NCBI GenBank assembly: GCA_964057225.1
Contig: OZ059897.1
Location: 13,330,001 to 13,394,000 of the forward strand
Direction: 5' to 3'
Length of the DNA: 64,000 nt
From: Auanema rhodensis
Taxonomy: Eukaryota; Animalia; Nematoda
Position 1 is the stretch's first letter, and each line of letters starts with the position of its first letter. Shown here one piece after another: positions 14,809 through 27,718 of this stretch. Made by a program: the position numbers and the translations under genes. Below the pieces are notes generated by a model that was not told where the DNA came from, did not search any database, and was given only the letters and a program-made list of their open reading frames with translations.

Positions 14809-17800
14809 GGTAAGGGTAAGATATTCAACAGACAACAAGGTAGTAGAATCATATGGAACATTGAATGAGAGAGTGCAAGATGATATCCGTGGATAATTGG
14901 TGAAGCAAAGAGAAATGTGAGAAGTTACTATAGATATGTCTATGTATATTCAAATTATAAATAGATTCTAAAAAGATATTCGAACGAAAGATACACAATC
15001 ATAATAAGAATAGGAGATTTGATTTTTAGATGATGAGTAAAGCAGTATTTGATGAATATTTGAAAACGATTGGAATGAATTTTAGCTAAAAAAAAAGTTG
15101 GTTTGATCAAAAATTATGTGGAGAATATTATAGATCACAGATCGCATTTAGAACTGTAAACATATTGTGAAGTTAATCGAACCAAATCCTATAATGTCCT
15201 TAAGATAGTTAGTTAGTTATACGCTATTTGTTAATTGGACCATAATATTATATAAGAAATAAAATGTTTGAAACATTAAATTATAAAAAAAAAATAATTT
15301 TTAAAAGCTTATGAGTACAACTTTTCGTTTTTTATTTTCTAACTTGAACTATTAGCAGATTTTTAAAGAAACATCATATAATTATGAATATATAAAATAA
15401 GTAAAACAATTAGGTACAAGGACATGTGACTCATCCAATAACACCAAAAACTTAAATTGAAATGCTATTCAAAAGAAATTTTAATTTGAAAACAGAAATA
15501 ATAACTTAAATCGTGCTATCATAGATCAAACATGAAACAAAATAAAAATAATATTGTAAATAGTCAATTAGATAAGAAAAATAAGATTTTTTTTTTTGAA
15601 AATGAAAACTGTCAAAGAATATTCCAAAGAGGTGTTAGTTTAACATGAATTTTAAAAATGAATAAGAAAGATTATTATAAATTTCATATTTAAAGTCATG
15701 AGAGTGATGCTTCTGTTCTGATTTCCTTGAAAATTAGTCTAGGAAGTAATACAGTATGAATTGAATAGTGAATAATTATTTCTAATTAATTGAAATAAAT
15801 TGAAATAAAATAAGGAGAATATTCACGATAGATCTCATGTGACATGATTTTCAACTATTTCTATAAGCTAGCTTTATTATTTTAAAAATAGAATAATAAG
15901 AAAGTAGAAAGAAAAATATAAAAGTAAGAGAAAACAAAATAAAGCAAGTCATCTTTATAGACAATTAAATATATTGGTTTCATATTATATTTAAATAATA
16001 AGAATAGCATTTACATATATATATATAGCTACATATACATCTACATATAAATGTATATGTAATTATGTCTATTGAAAAACATCAGAAAATATAATATTAG
16101 AAGAATGGTAAAATATGTAATAGAACTTCAGGAAGGATGATGACGAGAGAGAAAAGTTGAAAGAACTTTCTGCTGTTTCACAGACTAACTTCTCTTTTGC
16201 CTGCCTTCAAAACAAAAGTCAAGCGACTATATTATAATCTGATATAAATCTTTCAAGACTCTCATCATTATAAAAAAATATATATACATATCTATATATG
16301 TGTGTGTATATGTATGTATATCATATATAAATAAATAAGTAAAATATAATAATTTTTAATTAAATATTAGTTATATAGTAAAGTTTATATTAAAATATAA
16401 AGCATATTGTGAGAAAAAAAAATAAATGTTTATCATACCTCTGGATGTAGCATATATTTTTTATGCATATATGTGTGCAGCTGATACGAACTCATCTCAA
16501 ATATTCTTTCGAAAATTTTGCTGAACTCTGCTGTTGGTAAGGTGGAAAGATATCAGAACCCTGAGAGTATAAACAATAATAATAAGTTAAATAACCTTTA
16601 TAAGAAAAAGAAAAAAGTTGAAAAAAATAAATGAAATATGCAGCATTTTTTAATCTCAGGATTTGTTATGAATCAAGATTCTCATAGCTCATGAGAAATC
16701 ATTTATAGTCTAGAAAAACATATGAGATGTTCTTTATCTGCTCTTAAAATTGTTTGTCTAAGTATAGTTATCAAACATCTTTAATATCATTTCATAATAT
16801 AAGCATTTTCAAATAGAAATCATCTTAAGAACCAGAAATAAGTATGAGACATACATGTACATACATATATTACTTAAAGAGAAGAGACATCCTTGTGAAA
16901 TTCAGACAAATATTTCAGGGAATCCTCTTATATGAATTTTCAAATTTTTAGGAAATCTATATTTTGGAAATAATCCCAAAAAAAGAATAATCAATATAAA
17001 TTTTATGATAATTTGATTATACAACTATAATCATTAATGAATATATTTTCAAATATTATGATGTTTTAAATGAAAAAAATTCACATAATGTTTTTCTTGA
17101 ATGAGAAACAGAAATTTTATAAAAATAAACGGAAGATGATCATGCATGTGCTTGCACTACTTAACAACTTAAAGCATGAAAATAAATTTGAAATTGAAAA
17201 AAGTTGAATAAAATCTTTAAAAACACTTAGATGAATAGATATGTATGTTGAACGCATGTACACATTCATTTATATTACTCAATTTGAAAGAAAATGAAGG
17301 GAAAAAGAATGAAAAGAAATTTTCGGAAAATCTATGAAAAATCACAAAAAATATTCTAAAAACAAAAGACTGCTGTAAATACTAGGCAAAGAAAAATATA
17401 CTGAAAATTGGTTCAGGTTTTTTTTCCATCAATTTCACGTGATTTTCAAAAATTCGAGGAATTACCACACATTGAGATACTTATATATTCTTTTAATGTG
17501 ATATTATTTATTATTATGAGAGTTATATATTGATATTAAGAAGTATCTAGTTCAATATTTAAAAACCATTTTCATCTTGCATTCTTCATTCTTAAGACTA
17601 TTAATGTAAAATAAAAATTATAAGTGAATACATATATATAGATATAGATATATATGATTTATTTATATTTTAATATTGAATAATCTACCCATATGAGCAG
17701 TGTTGAGATTTGTGATAACACATCAACATATTTTGCAAAAAAAAAATCAATTTCCTTCAGGAAAAAGAGTTAAACTAAAGTCAGAGAAGCCATTTCATGA

Positions 17801-18027
17801 AAATACATGAATACAAAAAGAGATATCAAAAAAAAGTGAAGAACAATTGACTTTTTCAATGAAAAAAATATATATGAAAAAGGAAGAGAACAGATGTTAA
17901 TAAAATAAGTCTAAACATTACCGGATTTTGCAAAAAAATATATATTAAATTAGTTGTTTTAAATTAATACAAATGCTCTTAAAGCTAATATAGACTATAG
18001 TAGAGTAAATTATTAAAAATAAAACAA

Positions 18028-21000
18028 TTAAAATATATAAATAGAAAATAAAATAACAGACAGAGCTGTGAGCCAAGTCAAGTTTGCTGTTGCAGTTTTC
18101 GAATCATCCACATTCGAGCCTGACCACTGAACGCGATGCTTGATGAGCTCTTGTTCTTCATTTGTAATTCTAGAAAAAAATGTTAAAACTCCAATAAATT
18201 CATTTAAACAGGGAAATTCATACCCCGAGTGTGCTGAATCTGTGTCGAATTGTTTAGATTCTGTCTGTTCAGGAATATTTTCTGGCACTTGTTCAGGTAA
18301 AATGACATTTGGCTGTGGCTGAATCTGCAAACAAACCAGTTAATCCGTGAATTCCTTTGTTTAGTAATTGAAAACGAAAGCCATAAAAGTGGTTAAGGTT
18401 GTGACTCACCTTTGGAGCAATTGGTACTTGTTGTAATGATTCTTGGAATCTGCAAAAATGAAAGAAATTAGTTTCAAATATTCTTTAGCAAAAGAGAATT
18501 TACCCATTATTCTGTGCTTGAGCTAATAATGAAGCTTTATTACACATATCACCTTTACATAGGCAATAATTGATCATTCCATCTTCAGTTGTAGCACAAC
18601 CATCTTCATATGGTTGTCCACTAGGTCCAACCATTTTAAATTCTTCTTTCGATACACATCGTTTCTCAATCATGAATCCTAAAATATATCATAACATATA
18701 TGAAAGAAAGATCATTCAACTGTTAAACTATATGCTAAAACTATGCTATTTTCTTTATTTTTATTCATTTTTTACTCAACAAACACATTCAAAAAACTAA
18801 TAGAAATTCAAACTTTTTCAACAAAAAAAATGTTTTAGTTTGTATTATATGACCTATAGTCTCAGATACTGTAATCTGGAGGAAATGAGAAGAGAGAGTG
18901 ATACGAAAATATTTTGTATTTGTATTTCCAATTTAAAGTTCAAAAATACTAATTAATATGCAAAATAATTAATATTTATATAATAAAAGTATAAAATATA
19001 AATGATGTTTGCTTGAATAATTTTAATTTTAAACAGAAAATGAACTTACCACTTCCCACCTGTGTCTGCTTTGTCAAACACATTGATAATCCATCAACCT
19101 CCATCTGAGGACAATCCATAACAGTCACTTGAGTACAATCAGCTGCTGGATCAGCTAAATCAGCTTGACTGCATGCTGCACATCGTGATAAAACCTATAA
19201 CATAATATATTAATATATTAACTGAAATTATATTTAGTATATATGAATTTACAGCTTGTGGCTTATTAACAACGACTGGAACAATTGGCTGATGTAGATC
19301 ACTGATTGGAGAAATTTCAGGGGCATTTTCTAATTTCTGAAAATACATTATTAAGGACAATCCAGTATTTTAATAGTATGTGTGATGTTTTAAAAGAAAG
19401 TAAAACACTAAAATCTCTTGTTTGCCTCAATTTTCACAATAATTATGGTGTAGAATACATGTATATCTGGGTCAGGCAGTGTAAAACTAACTAAATGACC
19501 AATACGGTCTTGTGTGATTATTGATATACATACATATGGCCCTTTTCTATTTCATTGTCTTGGACAGAACTTTCTTTTTCTAATTATTAATTGGCAAACC
19601 TTAAGTGTATCTTCAGCTAAACGATCAATTTCAACGGTATTCACTCTAGGATCTCGGAATTTCGTTTGAATGCTTGGTGTTTCAACCACTTCTGATGGAG
19701 GATGAACAGGAAGTTCTGGAGCAGCCAAATGTGGGAAAGGACCTTAAATGCCAAATATTATGAAAAACATGTTTGAATTTGAAATGAATACCAGATGGAT
19801 GGATGTGTGGAGCAACAAATGCTGGAACCTTAGGTTCTTCCGGAATAGGGGGTTGATTAAATGAATTTATCTGAAAACAAACAAAGAGCATTAAACAAGA
19901 ATTACTTTTTATTTTGTTTTAAATTAGAAAGAAAGTGAATAATAATTTATATTGACCTTGACCGTTATCAAGCTCAACCGTTCAATGTTCACAATATAAT
20001 TATACATTCGACCTCAGAACCTACATATTATAATATGTAGTATGTATGAACGTATATTGAACTCTCGATTTCAATTAAAATTTTCCGAATTCAAGAACAT
20101 TTCTTCTTCCTCAATTACTTATGACTTTCTTTGTATTAAAATAGTTAACGAAATTCATTCATATATAGACATATGTATCTTCTTTATATATTTTGAATTA
20201 TGCTAAGCAAAGTATAAATGTCTCTGTATGGTGGACTTAATCACCACCTGAGGTTTGTGTACGACCTTCTGTATTAAGAGAGAACAGTGGAGGATCAAAC
20301 TGACCCCAATCAGTTCAATCTGCTCTAGCGGTCCAGGAGGCTTTTCCGTCCAAAGAAGAGGATTAGCCAGTAAATTTCTAGAAGTGAATTGGCCTTCTTT
20401 CAATTTTTCAGAATATATCTCACTAATTCTCTATGAACTCATATTAAGAACAAACTGCAAAATGCGCGCATGGATTATGAAATTCTATTGTAATCTTCAT
20501 TTTTTGTTTTCTTTATGTCACAAAGAATTTGGGTAAACCATCTTTCTATTCTGTTTTTCAAAAGAATTTTTCAATTTTGTTTTTGAATGAAAAAAAGAAG
20601 AAACTTAACCTGAGAAATGTAAGATGCTTTGTTACAATCATTTGTTGTACAGGTACAAAATTTTTCGTTTCCCTAGAATTAAAATCAGAAATTAAAAATT
20701 TTTTCGTATTTTCTGTAATCACTTGAGATCCGACACCACAATAGTTCTCAGATACATTGTCTCCAAACATGGCTTTCACCACTTCATGAGAAGCGCACAT
20801 CTTTTCTATTGCAAATTGGCCTGCAAACGTTAATTTCAAAATTCAACTATTCTTTCTATTCTACCTGATGCTACAGTTATAACCCGAGTGAAACATAAGT
20901 TATCCTGTGGATTGCAGTTGATTGGAATGGCTCCTGCGCAATCTGCTGATTCAGAAGAAAGCCCTCGCTCTCCACATTGCATACAGCGTAATGATGATGT

Positions 21001-23717
21001 TGGCGGAGGAGCTTAATAGAAAATTTTTTTGTTCATTCATTTGAAAACTAATGAAAAATACCTTCAGTTGTCAATGGACTTACGGGGATAACTGGTTCTT
21101 GTCCGACTGTCCCAACAAAGCCACTTTGGCTTACAGCTGGTCCTCTGGGCATTAGGAACATTCCATCAATTCGGCTAGGTACCTCTGAAGTGAATAGGTA
21201 ATTAAAAATTATTTAAATGAGTCATTAAAAATTTCCATAAATCGAATATGGTTGCTTACCTGGACGTGCTTCTGTCCTTGTTGGTAGTTGCTGTCTTCTA
21301 ACTTCACGAACTTCATCTGCTGGTAAAGGTGGACGTGTTGGAGCAAACTAAAACACTTTGAGTTATTCATTTCGATGCATTCATTACATACTCTGGGATC
21401 ATTAACAGGTACTATTGCAGGGGGAGTTAGTTGAGGAGCAGCAAATTGAGCATTGTTTGAACGCATATTATTCTATAGAAACAAACAAAAAATATAAAAA
21501 AAACTTCAGAAACATACTGCATTTGGAACAATTAATGGAGCATTTCCTTGTGGAACTGCAGGTGTTTCACGAGCTGGAAGTGTTTCTGCATCTCCAAATA
21601 GTTCGGGATGTTTCTGAAAAATTGATAGAATATATTATGAAATTGAAAATTATCTGGAAACACCTCTTCAAAGTTCATGAACTGATCAGCAATGGGGCTT
21701 TGGTTACACATTGATTTTCTACATACACAATAAGCAACCTGAATTTTTAAAATAACAATATTAAAATAAAGAAAATGATACCTCTTCATTGTTAACATCA
21801 ACTAAATCACATTCTTCATCTAATGGATATCCTTTATCAGGAAATTTTTCATAATGATCAGTTTCAGTTATACATTCTTTAGTTATAGTATATGTTCCTA
21901 AAATATTTTTAAATTATAATTTATATTTCAAATATTTTTTTATTATTATCTAATGTGTGAAGAAAAATACTTCAATTAAACACTCGGAATTAATTTCTGG
22001 AATATTGTCTGTTTTTTCTTGTAATTCAGGTCAATAGAGCTGCTAATTCATGTTTGAGTACAAGATTCTTAACCCTGACCTTCAGCGGATTTTTAAATAT
22101 AAAATGAACTTCTGATCAATGAAATGAAAGAAGATGCGAATCAAAAAAAAGAAAAAAAACTTTTGTGTTGATTATATATCGTCGAGATGGTTAATCTGAC
22201 TTTAATTGTGCTATTAAAGAGAAATTGTTAGTGAGAAAGAAAGATTTTGATGAGAAAAATGTAAATATGACCTCATTACTATCAGTAGTAGATGTTTCCA
22301 ATTGTTGAAATAATAAAGTCTGTTTGAAAACTAACCATTTTTTGCTCGTTCTCTGGTTGTTCGACAATAAACACGATCATCTGGGAATCTTGATGCATAT
22401 CCAGAGCAGTCGTATTGAAATTGAGATTGACACTCTCCGAATTCATCCAAATCACCAGTTGCACATACATAGCATGACAAGGAAGATGCTAAACAAGAAC
22501 AAGTTAAACCATTTTTTGTATATTTTATTGATGTTATTTGACAAATAACCGTATAGTTTGAGAGAAAATGTGAAATTTTTCCTATTATTATGAAGTAATA
22601 GAAGTTAATCTTAAATTATTACAGTAAAGGGTTTTAAACGCTTTTTTTGTTGAAATATAGAGAAGTTTTATAGAATACAATTCTTTTATTGTGGATGTAA
22701 CTCAAAAGAAATAGCCAATTAAACGACGTTCAGTCACTTAAATCGTTTTTCTAGGGTAAAGGTCATATACCTAATAGAAAATAGATAGGTACATGCTCCT
22801 TTTCTAATCATATTGACCTTTTAACTAAGGCTAAAAAGAGTTTCAGAGATGATTGTGAGAAGAAAAAGTACATTTGAACAGAAGTTTTTTTCGTTTTCGT
22901 CTTCAATTTGTTTAATTACCTTCTTCTTAATATTCTTATATACTGTTCGAATTGTAGGTAATAGTTAACAATTAACTATTTGACTGACCGAATTGAATTT
23001 TTGATTGCCAGTTCAGAACTTCTGACTCATTCATTCAACCGTATTAGGGCATTCACAGCTAATCCGTTGTAGGATTAAAGTGAAGATAGTCAAAATTCTG
23101 GTGGATCATAACTGATCCGGATAGGTTTGTAACCATTGAACTGACCAACCACAACATTGTTAACAATATGGTTGAAAGACGATGTTCGTTTAGATTTCGG
23201 AACTTAACGACGACGATGACAAATCCTGAGAAGGATGGTAAGACTCATGATGAACAAACTATTTCGTGTCATATTTCTACAAATCTCGCAGTTGCAATAT
23301 ATCCGATTCAGCTAGGGAAATGTGTAATTTCCTTCATACTGGAGCATACATTCATGAAAATTGTTTGCCGTCCTGGGATTACGGTCGTCATGCTAGTCTG
23401 CGTATTGAGGACAGGATGTCGTCAACTTCAGCACATCAGCCTCATTAACCATATGATTGAACATGCATAAGATTTCAGAGATGATATATAAGGTAAAGAT
23501 AAAGCTTAAAAAAGATTGTATATCTTAGCTGTTTTATAGGGAATAAACGAAAAAAAAAACAAGATTGGAGGAAAGGAGAAATAGTGAAATAGTGAAAAGG
23601 ATTCAGAATATATTCTTTGCATCTCTATTCGACAAAATCAAATACAATTTTCTCTAAATTACCTGAATTTGGAAGTAAAAGAATTATTGTGCTCCATAGT
23701 ACTGGTAATATTTTCAT
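18028..23717 (-). CDS. Secreted, probably GPI-anchored protein with three Ly6/uPAR (LU, three-finger; Quiver/Sleepless-type) domains and Pro-rich linkers, ~652 aa, 19 exons
   Basis: Exons 23717-23663, 22488-22336, 21897-21782, 21738-21664, 21613-21518, 21472-21392, 21347-21260, 21184-21062, 21011-20865, 20820-20723, 20672-20610, 19870-19792, 19742-19645, 19336-19253, 19194-19050, 18678-18504, 18449-18410, 18324-18224, 18169-18028 total 1959 nt in frame. Signal peptide MKILPVLWSTIILLLPNSASS. Three domains with 10 Cys each (LSCYVC...YCVCRKSMCN; LRCMQC...FCTCTTNDCN; SRCAAC...YCLCKGDMCN). Hydrophobic C-terminus ANLTWLTALSVILFSIYIF* with no cytosolic tail. Confidence 0.88.
19953..19961 (-). promoter_or_regulatory. 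Candidate NHR-25/FTZ-F1 site (TCAAGGTCA) in an intron of the LU gene
   Basis: TGACCTTGA on + strand is a perfect NR5A consensus on -. Motif match only. Confidence 0.35.
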
Positions 23718-26700
23718 CGTGTGAAGTTTTGACAATTGAGTTAATTGATTCAAATAAGAAAAAGCTTGAAATCCAGAAATTGAAACTAGAATTGTTATTA
23801 AATAAGAAAAATAAATAAACAAACAAAAAAATAAGCTAAGAATAACACTTCATAAACAAGAATATTATAGATGTAACTAGAGAATAGGAATCAGAAATAT
23901 GTTTGAGAAGACCTGCTCACTGTAATAATCACTTCATGTAATCACATCATGATAATGCATCAGAAGATACAGAGCTCTTACTCTAGCCAGAGGGGTCATT
24001 TCATTGATGTCGGTGGAAGTTTGAGGGATCAGAAGGGGCGGAGACCTGGGGGCCTGACCCCTCCTCAATTGACGATCCGAAATCTGTCTACCTATATTTC
24101 AGCGTGTTCCTCCTCTCTATCTCAGTCGCGCTGGTCACTTGTCTCTCCATCGCGTTTTGGTCATGTATCCTGCTAATTCATACTTACCATCCTCTCTCTC
24201 AATCTCTTTTAATCTTCCATTCTCTCAATTACACTACTTCGAACTGTTGCTTTCCCCCGTTTTCGCACTTTCCCCTATTTTCCTCTCTATCTCTCTCCAT
24301 TCCTCTCTCTCTTTCGTTTAGAATTCTCCTTCAATACAAAGAACTGAAGAAACCAGAAAATGAATTGCTACTCTCCTCTGAATGACCAGACAACGGCTGG
24401 CTTCATAAGCCGCTTCAGAACTTATATACGTGGAAACTCTGAATATATAGAGAATACCAATAGTTCGGAACATCAATCCAAAAAGAAAGAGAGAAGGCAA
24501 TGAGAGGTTCTTTTTCTTTCTGATGGTTACGCTCTAAGTGGAATACAGGCAAACGGCGCAATTGAAGTCTCAACGTCATTGACTTCTTGACTATATCCTG
24601 TAGCCGTCAGACGTCAAACGAAACGACAACCGTTGAAAAAGCATCAATAAGAGAAACCTTGTTCCTTTTAAACGCAATTCCGGATATTAAAATCTATAGT
24701 AAACGATAAAGGCATGACAAAAAAAGTCATAATGATTTGAAGTGGAACTGTCCGGTAAAGATGAGACATTTGCCATTTTTCTATCATCTATTATACACTT
24801 CACTGAATAATATGTCATAGCATTTAAGTAATATATATGTACAATGAATAGAAAATGTCTTATTCAGTAAATAGATAGATTATTCTAGAATTAAGCAGGA
24901 AGTAAAAGATGTATGATTCATTTGAATGAAATCATAATAATCACACAATCAACGTTTTTAAGAAACCTTTAAGAAGAAACAAAAATATTTATTTGATTTA
25001 ATATAATAATTTATAATAATTATATTGTTATATAATCTATAATATAATGAAAACTAACTTATTATTGAAGTATTAATAATATTTTTGGACTTTTTCTTCA
25101 AATTTTTCAAATAACTTACCAAATTTAGCCAATACAAGCATAGCTTTAATATATATATATATATATATATGTGTTAAAAAACGAAACCAAATAGTTTTCA
25201 TTCATATTTTTTTTTAGAAAGTCATTTGCTTTCTTCACTAATTTCATTTCAATTTTGCCCTATTTTACTTGTTTATATTAGTATCAACATGTTTATTTCC
25301 AGAGAATAAGAAAAATATTTTAAAGTGGAATCCTATGTCTTTTAAGTTTTCCGAAATAAATTGTAAAATTGTCTTCTAAGTCGAAATTTTGTTTTTTTAT
25401 ATTGAACCATGTCGTGCTGTCTGGCTGTTTGATAAAAGCTCTCTCAGATTTCAAGCGTATAGACAACTAAACGTTCAAACTCTAACCCGTCAGAGATACG
25501 GCGCAAAGAAACAACATCCCTGCCGGTCGCATGTTCTCGTTACGACTTTTGTCATCATTTGATGCGCTGATGATGAGTAAGCGACCGGGCGGACAGAGTT
25601 TTTATGCTGATCGGTCCCTACTGAGGGCGTCTTAAAAAATAAAAAATTTTGAATAACTGTGTGTTTTATAGGATATCGGTGTTTATCGGTTTGTATGTGC
25701 AAGAAGGATGGCTATGGGAGTTATAAAGTAGAAAATTCTTTTTTTTTTGAGTTAATTTATACTGAATATGAAATAATGTCTTGAAATTCAAGGGAAAAAT
25801 ATAAAATCGCACAAAATTTATAACTGAAAAGCTTATCTAAAACGACCGAAAATCTTGACTTTAACGCTGTTATTAGTTTTGAATTGAACTCGTAGTATGC
25901 AATCAAAAAGCTATAGATTACTCAACTTTCTTGACTTTTAAATGGTTTTCTATTAAGCTCTTTGCCATTTTTAAAAGAGATATAGGCGGAGCTCAAGGCT
26001 AGCGTTGTATATATACTACTACATTCGTGTACTTTAATCGAAAGCCAAGAGTCCAAGATGACTTCTCTAAATATTTTGTGTTGAAATTTCTTATCTGATG
26101 TTGGCACTATGCTTTGTTGAAAACCGAAATAACTAAAATATTTTTCTCTTAACTATATGATTGTTATTTATTTATTTAATAAATCAAATTTTATATTTCC
26201 TTAATGTATGCTCATCATTTTGATTTGTTGAAGAAAAAAATTTGATAACTAAAATATAGAAGCAATATATAATAAAACATTCTGCTTTGTTTCTTTTTCT
26301 CCCTCTCTCTCTCTCTCTCCCTCCCTCTCTCTCACACTATGTTTTTTCTTTTATCTCTCCCTCGTTATTTGTTTCCGTGGTAGGAATATTCCAAGTTGCT
26401 CAGACACAAAAAAAACCTTTCAATAATATTATTTTTGAGATTTATCATAGTTATAACACAGAAACTGCATCAATGATTCTATATTTTCATCTAAAATCAT
26501 GATTGTGTTGAAAAAATTATTTTATTCAAATATCTTATACATTGTATATAGCGTTATTGAAACAGCTCCAATTACGAGTTTTTTGGTTCATATGAGCGCT
26601 TTATTTCAATTTTTATTTTTTTTTAATTACAAAGATACATATATTCATAAAGTCATATGATAACTATACATTGTTTGAATTGTTATTATACATCATCTTG

Positions 26701-27326
26701 ATTCAAATCTAACTATTCAATATACTCTTCTTGAATCCTGAGATTGAACAGCAGAATCTTGTGCCTTTAATTTCGAAACTCAATTAAGTTTTTGCATGCC
26801 ACGAGCTAATAATGAGCTGTTGAATTTAGAAATCCGAAAAAGGCATTTCATTTCGTGTGTTACATGGTTTTCATGATCAAATTCATTGTTGTATATGGCT
26901 GAAGACGTTTGTAGTTTCGAAATTCACATGCTCTTTCATACTTGTCTTCTTTTATTTCAAATACAATATATAGATTTTTCTTATTTTTCATTATAAAAAT
27001 GTTCTTTCTATCTCTTTTTCTCTTTTTTTGACCTATACTGTTAGTTTTATCAAATTATATAAGTTGTTTATGGATAAAAACAAAAGATTATGAGACGATA
27101 AAGAAGCTTCAAATGGATAACCAGCTCTTGGCAATTAGCCACGTTTGGTATCTCTTACTGCACCCTTCCTCCCTCCCGCTCTCCCTATCTTTAGAAAAAA
27201 TTTTTTTTGTTGTATCTATCTCGTTCTCTGTGTACTCTCTTTATTTCAAATAAAATTTTTCTATTCTTTTCTCTCTATCAGTCTGTTGCCTCATTTTCTT
27301 ACATATACATAGTATATACATATACA

Positions 27327-27362
<36 letters not shown>

Positions 27363-27718
27363 CAGATATACACATGCACACATACACATGCCAATACATG
27401 GACACATTCATTTATTCAGGCTTGCAGCTAATTTTCTATTGTTCGAAGTGCATATTTTTCTGTTTCTTATTATTTTTTTAACTTTTTTTCTACTTATCAG
27501 AATGTTTCATCCGTCTGATTTCTTACTGAAATATAAAATTAATTTTTAATTGTTTTATTACAAATATACATATATAGATCCATCCATCCATCCATCCATC
27601 CATCTATATATCTGTCTATATATCTATCTATATACATATATAGTATATAATTTATTTATTTTCTTATATTCATTATTTAATTTGATGCACTTTCAACAAC
27701 ATCTTTTTTCAGAAAAAA

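Noticed and set aside
20203-20536. ORFs inside an intron of the LU gene as an extra exon or nested gene
   Set aside because: Available acceptors are out of phase with the flanking exons, which join in frame without it.
23168-23470. 100-aa antisense ORF in intron 1 of the LU gene
   Set aside because: No recognisable domain or splice structure; more likely a GC-richer regulatory intron segment.
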